A stretch of DNA of 30,496 nt from Cloacibacterium sp. (GTDB lineage: Bacteria > Bacteroidota > Bacteroidia > Flavobacteriales > Weeksellaceae). How positions within the stretch are numbered: position 1 is the stretch's first letter; the number at the start of each line of letters is the position of its first letter. The notes under the pieces were generated by a model. The model was not told the origin of the DNA and searched no databases. It was given only the letters and a program-made list of their open reading frames with translations. Below, piece by piece: positions 26,256-30,496 of this stretch. The DNA lies in assembly GCA_017995195.1 (NCBI GenBank), contig JAGOJI010000018.1:1-30496 (forward strand), in the 5' to 3' direction. A program made the translations under genes and the position numbers.

Positions 26256-27356
26256 ATGAAAATTGCCTACGATGCCAAACGTTTTTTTCACAATACTTCA
26301 GGATTAGGCAACTATTCTCGAGATTTGGTGCGTATTTTGGCGACCTATTTTCCCGAAAACGAATATGTACTTTTGGCTCAATCTCAAAACGAAAGAGGCA
26401 AGGAAATACTCGCATTACCCAAAGTTTCTTACCGAAAAATCCCAAAAGGGCTCTTTGCCCGACAAAACAAAATGGGAATTGAGGCACAGAATATAGAAAC
26501 CGACATCTTCCATGGGCTCTCCGGCGAATTACCCCTGAAATGGAACAAAAAGCCCATAAAAAAAGTAGTAACCATTCACGATTTAATTTTTGTTCGTTAT
26601 CCACAGTTTTACTCGTTTTTCGATCGAAAAATTCATTTCTGGAAATTCAAAAAAGCCTGTAAAAGTGCAGACCTCATTATCGCCATATCGGAACAAACCA
26701 AAAGAGATATCATCCATTTTCTCCACATTCCGGAAAGCAAAATAAGAGTGGTTTACCAAGGCTGCCACCACGTCTTTAAAGAAATTCTTGATGAAAAGCT
26801 CGCTCTGGAACTCCAAACAAAACACCAACTTCCCGAAAGATTTATCCTGAATGTGGGAACCATAGAAGAGCGTAAAAATCTTCTGAACATTGTAAAAGCC
26901 ATTGAAGGAACGCTCATTCCGCTGGTTGTAGTAGGAAAAAAAACAAAATATTTCGAAAAAATAAAAAAATATATTCTTCAAAAGAAACTCCAAAAACAAG
27001 TGTATTTTTTAGAAAACATTTCCATGAAGGAGCTTGCCACACTTTACAAAATGGCAGATATTTTTGTATACCCAAGTTTGTTTGAAGGTTTTGGAATTCC
27101 TGTTATTGAGGCCTTGTTCTCTAAAACTCCTGTTGTTACCAGCAACGTGAGTTGTTTGCCTGAAGCCGGTGGCCCTTATTCAACCTATGTAAATCCTTTG
27201 AATGTTGATGACTTAAAATCCAAAATTGGTTTTCTTTGGGACAATGAACCCGAAAGAAAAAGACGAGCCGAAAAAAGCATGGAATTTGTACAAAAATTTG
27301 ATGATAAAACAATTGCCGAAGAGCTAATGAAAGTATATCAAGAGGCTATTTTGTAA
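26256..27356 (+). CDS. Glycosyltransferase family 4 (GT-B, group 1)
   Basis: C-terminal 'ADIFVYPSLFEGFGIPVIEALFSKTPVVTSN' (EX7E-type motif). Start chosen at MKIAYD. Confidence 0.8.
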   Translation: MKIAYDAKRFFHNTSGLGNYSRDLVRILATYFPENEYVLLAQSQNERGKEILALPKVSYRKIPKGLFARQNKMGIEAQNIETDIFHGLSGELPLKWNKKPIKKVVTIHDLIFVRYPQFYSFFDRKIHFWKFKKACKSADLIIAISEQTKRDIIHFLHIPESKIRVVYQGCHHVFKEILDEKLALELQTKHQLPERFILNVGTIEERKNLLNIVKAIEGTLIPLVVVGKKTKYFEKIKKYILQKKLQKQVYFLENISMKELATLYKMADIFVYPSLFEGFGIPVIEALFSKTPVVTSNVSCLPEAGGPYSTYVNPLNVDDLKSKIGFLWDNEPERKRRAEKSMEFVQKFDDKTIAEELMKVYQEAIL

Positions 27357-27743
27357 AAACTCAAGAAGAAAAAAAGCCATTCATTATCTTTCTTACTACC
27401 AAAAAATTCTTTGCATTCTTAATTAAAAAATAATTCTTGTTTTTGTAGGATTTTGGGTGTTGATAACTTACTGCTTCAAATTTTTTAAAACCAAAAAAAA
27501 TCACGATATTTGTAAGCATTTTTGCAAGAGTTTTAAGCTCTCTGCTGCGTAAGGGATAGAAGCGGAAATCCTTTTTGCGAGAGGCTATGCCGAGCAAAAA
27601 GATTGTAGCAAATAGCCCGACCCTTACCGCCGAGGCTTTCCCAAAGGGAAAACAAATGGAGGGAAGGGATACGCCAAAATAAAAATAAGCGAAATAAAAA
27701 TTTTTAAAATATAAAAGCCACCGTTGAAACACATTGGGCTTAA

Positions 27744-29687
<1,944 letters not shown>

Positions 29688-29739
29688 AGCTATTTTTAAC
29701 TACAAATTAAGTTTAGACCAACACTTGTTATAACAGCCA

Positions 29740-29771
29740 AAACCGTTACAAAAATTGTAGCGGTTTTTTTT
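29740..29771 (+). terminator. Rho-independent terminator after gyrB
   Basis: CCGTTACA-aaaat-TGTAGCGG followed by a run of 8 T. Confidence 0.55.
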
Positions 29772-29858
29772 ATTGTATTTCCTTTCGTTTTTTTTAATAG
29801 AATTTTAACATAATTGGGTATACTTTTTGACCTGATGTCTTCGTTTAAAAAAAATATT

Positions 29859-29866
29859 TATTTTTG
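29859..29866 (+). promoter_or_regulatory. -7 promoter box TATTTTTG upstream of the M23 peptidase gene
   Basis: TAnnTTTG match about 24 nt upstream of the ATG at 29891. Confidence 0.3.
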
Positions 29867-29890
29867 CACCCTAAAAAATTTAGTTTATTA

Positions 29891-30496
29891 ATGAATCGAT
29901 TGTTTCATCTATTTAAAAACTCTAAGCACTCCAAGTTTTATATCCCGGGACTTTTGGTGTTGGCTTTGCTACAAAGTTTTACTATTGCCAGCTTGCTTAT
30001 TGATAAAAATAATACGCCATACGAAGTAAATCTCGTAAAAATAAAGACAGAAAAAGATAGTCTTGATGCCTTTCAACTAAAGAACGATCTGCTCTCCATG
30101 GAACAAACCATACGCAGCATTGATGGCTTTCTGAAAGATAAAAATGCTTCGGATATACAGATTGAGAACTTGGCAAAAGACAGTTTGTCTAATAGTATTT
30201 ATCTTGCTAAAACCGCCAACAGATATTCTCAATATCTAATTGATTTAGAAAAAAAACTGCAAGAAGTTCCGTTAGGAATCCCCTCTGAAGGTTACATTTC
30301 CTCCAATTTCGGAATGAGAAAAAATCCAATTCCACTCAAAAAAGTGATTTTGGCATCAATAGTTCCTTCTAAAACGGATAAAAAAACAGAACAAGATAGT
30401 TTGGGAAATGTTTCTAAAATTACTAAAACCAAAATCCTCAACAAAGACGAAGCTCCTTCTGAGCCCGACCAAATGCAGTTTCATAAGGGGATAGAC
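29891..30496 (+). CDS. M23 family metallopeptidase (3'-truncated by window end)
   Basis: I translated this myself: ATG at 29891, open reading frame to the window end. N-terminal TM/signal 'FYIPGLLVLALLQSF'. '...GIPSEGYISSNFGMRKNPI...' and a terminal 'QFHKGID' (HxGxD motif of M23). It is absent from the ORF track, presumably because it is incomplete. Confidence 0.65.
   Translation, partial: MNRLFHLFKNSKHSKFYIPGLLVLALLQSFTIASLLIDKNNTPYEVNLVKIKTEKDSLDAFQLKNDLLSMEQTIRSIDGFLKDKNASDIQIENLAKDSLSNSIYLAKTANRYSQYLIDLEKKLQEVPLGIPSEGYISSNFGMRKNPIPLKKVILASIVPSKTDKKTEQDSLGNVSKITKTKILNKDEAPSEPDQMQFHKGID

Noticed and set aside
26150-26604. ORFs 26150-26482 (+) and 26254-26604 (-) overlapping the GT4 gene start
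   Set aside because: Out-of-frame or antisense overlaps with a well-supported glycosyltransferase CDS.
27361-27732. 123-aa minus-strand ORF upstream of gyrB
   Set aside because: Highly hydrophobic and low-complexity (F/Y/K-rich), it overlaps the gyrB promoter region, and it has no recognisable domain. Kept only as an alternative in the finding on that region.

Overview
This window looks like a low-GC (about 35-38%) chromosomal segment from a Bacteroidota genome, probably a Flavobacteriia-type organism. Three observations point that way: a T9SS C-terminal sorting domain on a secreted protease, TAnnTTTG -7 promoter boxes, and no Shine-Dalgarno sequences. Most of the window is densely packed housekeeping genes: ZIP-like transporter, rluB-like pseudouridine synthase, SPFH protein, dGTPase, dgkA, T9SS-sorted S8 protease, yggS, cvfB, pheA, J-domain protein, ppc, an Omp85/TamA-family gene followed by two small secreted proteins, trmH-family methyltransferase, an EF-G paralog, rsmG, nlpE-like, tRNA-Ala(GGC), NlpC/P60 peptidase, dapD, a GT4 glycosyltransferase, gyrB, and a 3'-truncated M23 peptidase. 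The only clearly accessory piece is a ~1.4 kb islet at 850-2260 between the ZIP-like gene and the tonB-C-like/rluB block. It carries a HigB/HigA-like toxin-antitoxin pair (Gp49/RelE-fold toxin upstream, XRE-HTH antitoxin downstream, 11-nt overlap). The islet is bracketed and punctuated by three same-orientation copies of a ~55-bp repeat, and it also holds a near-perfect 20-bp-stem hairpin and a 10-bp perfect inverted repeat. A second candidate of interest is an uncharacterised 354-aa protein (12231-13295) whose sequence carries protein-kinase-like catalytic-loop and DFG-like motifs. It lies divergently from a tail-anchored J-domain protein. Several six-frame ORF N-termini in the track begin on TTG, with the likely true ATG start downstream; adjusted starts are given where I could verify them. 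Coordinates I derived myself (terminators, repeats, tRNA) are good to about +/-2 nt. No CRISPR array, transposase, integrase or rRNA was found.
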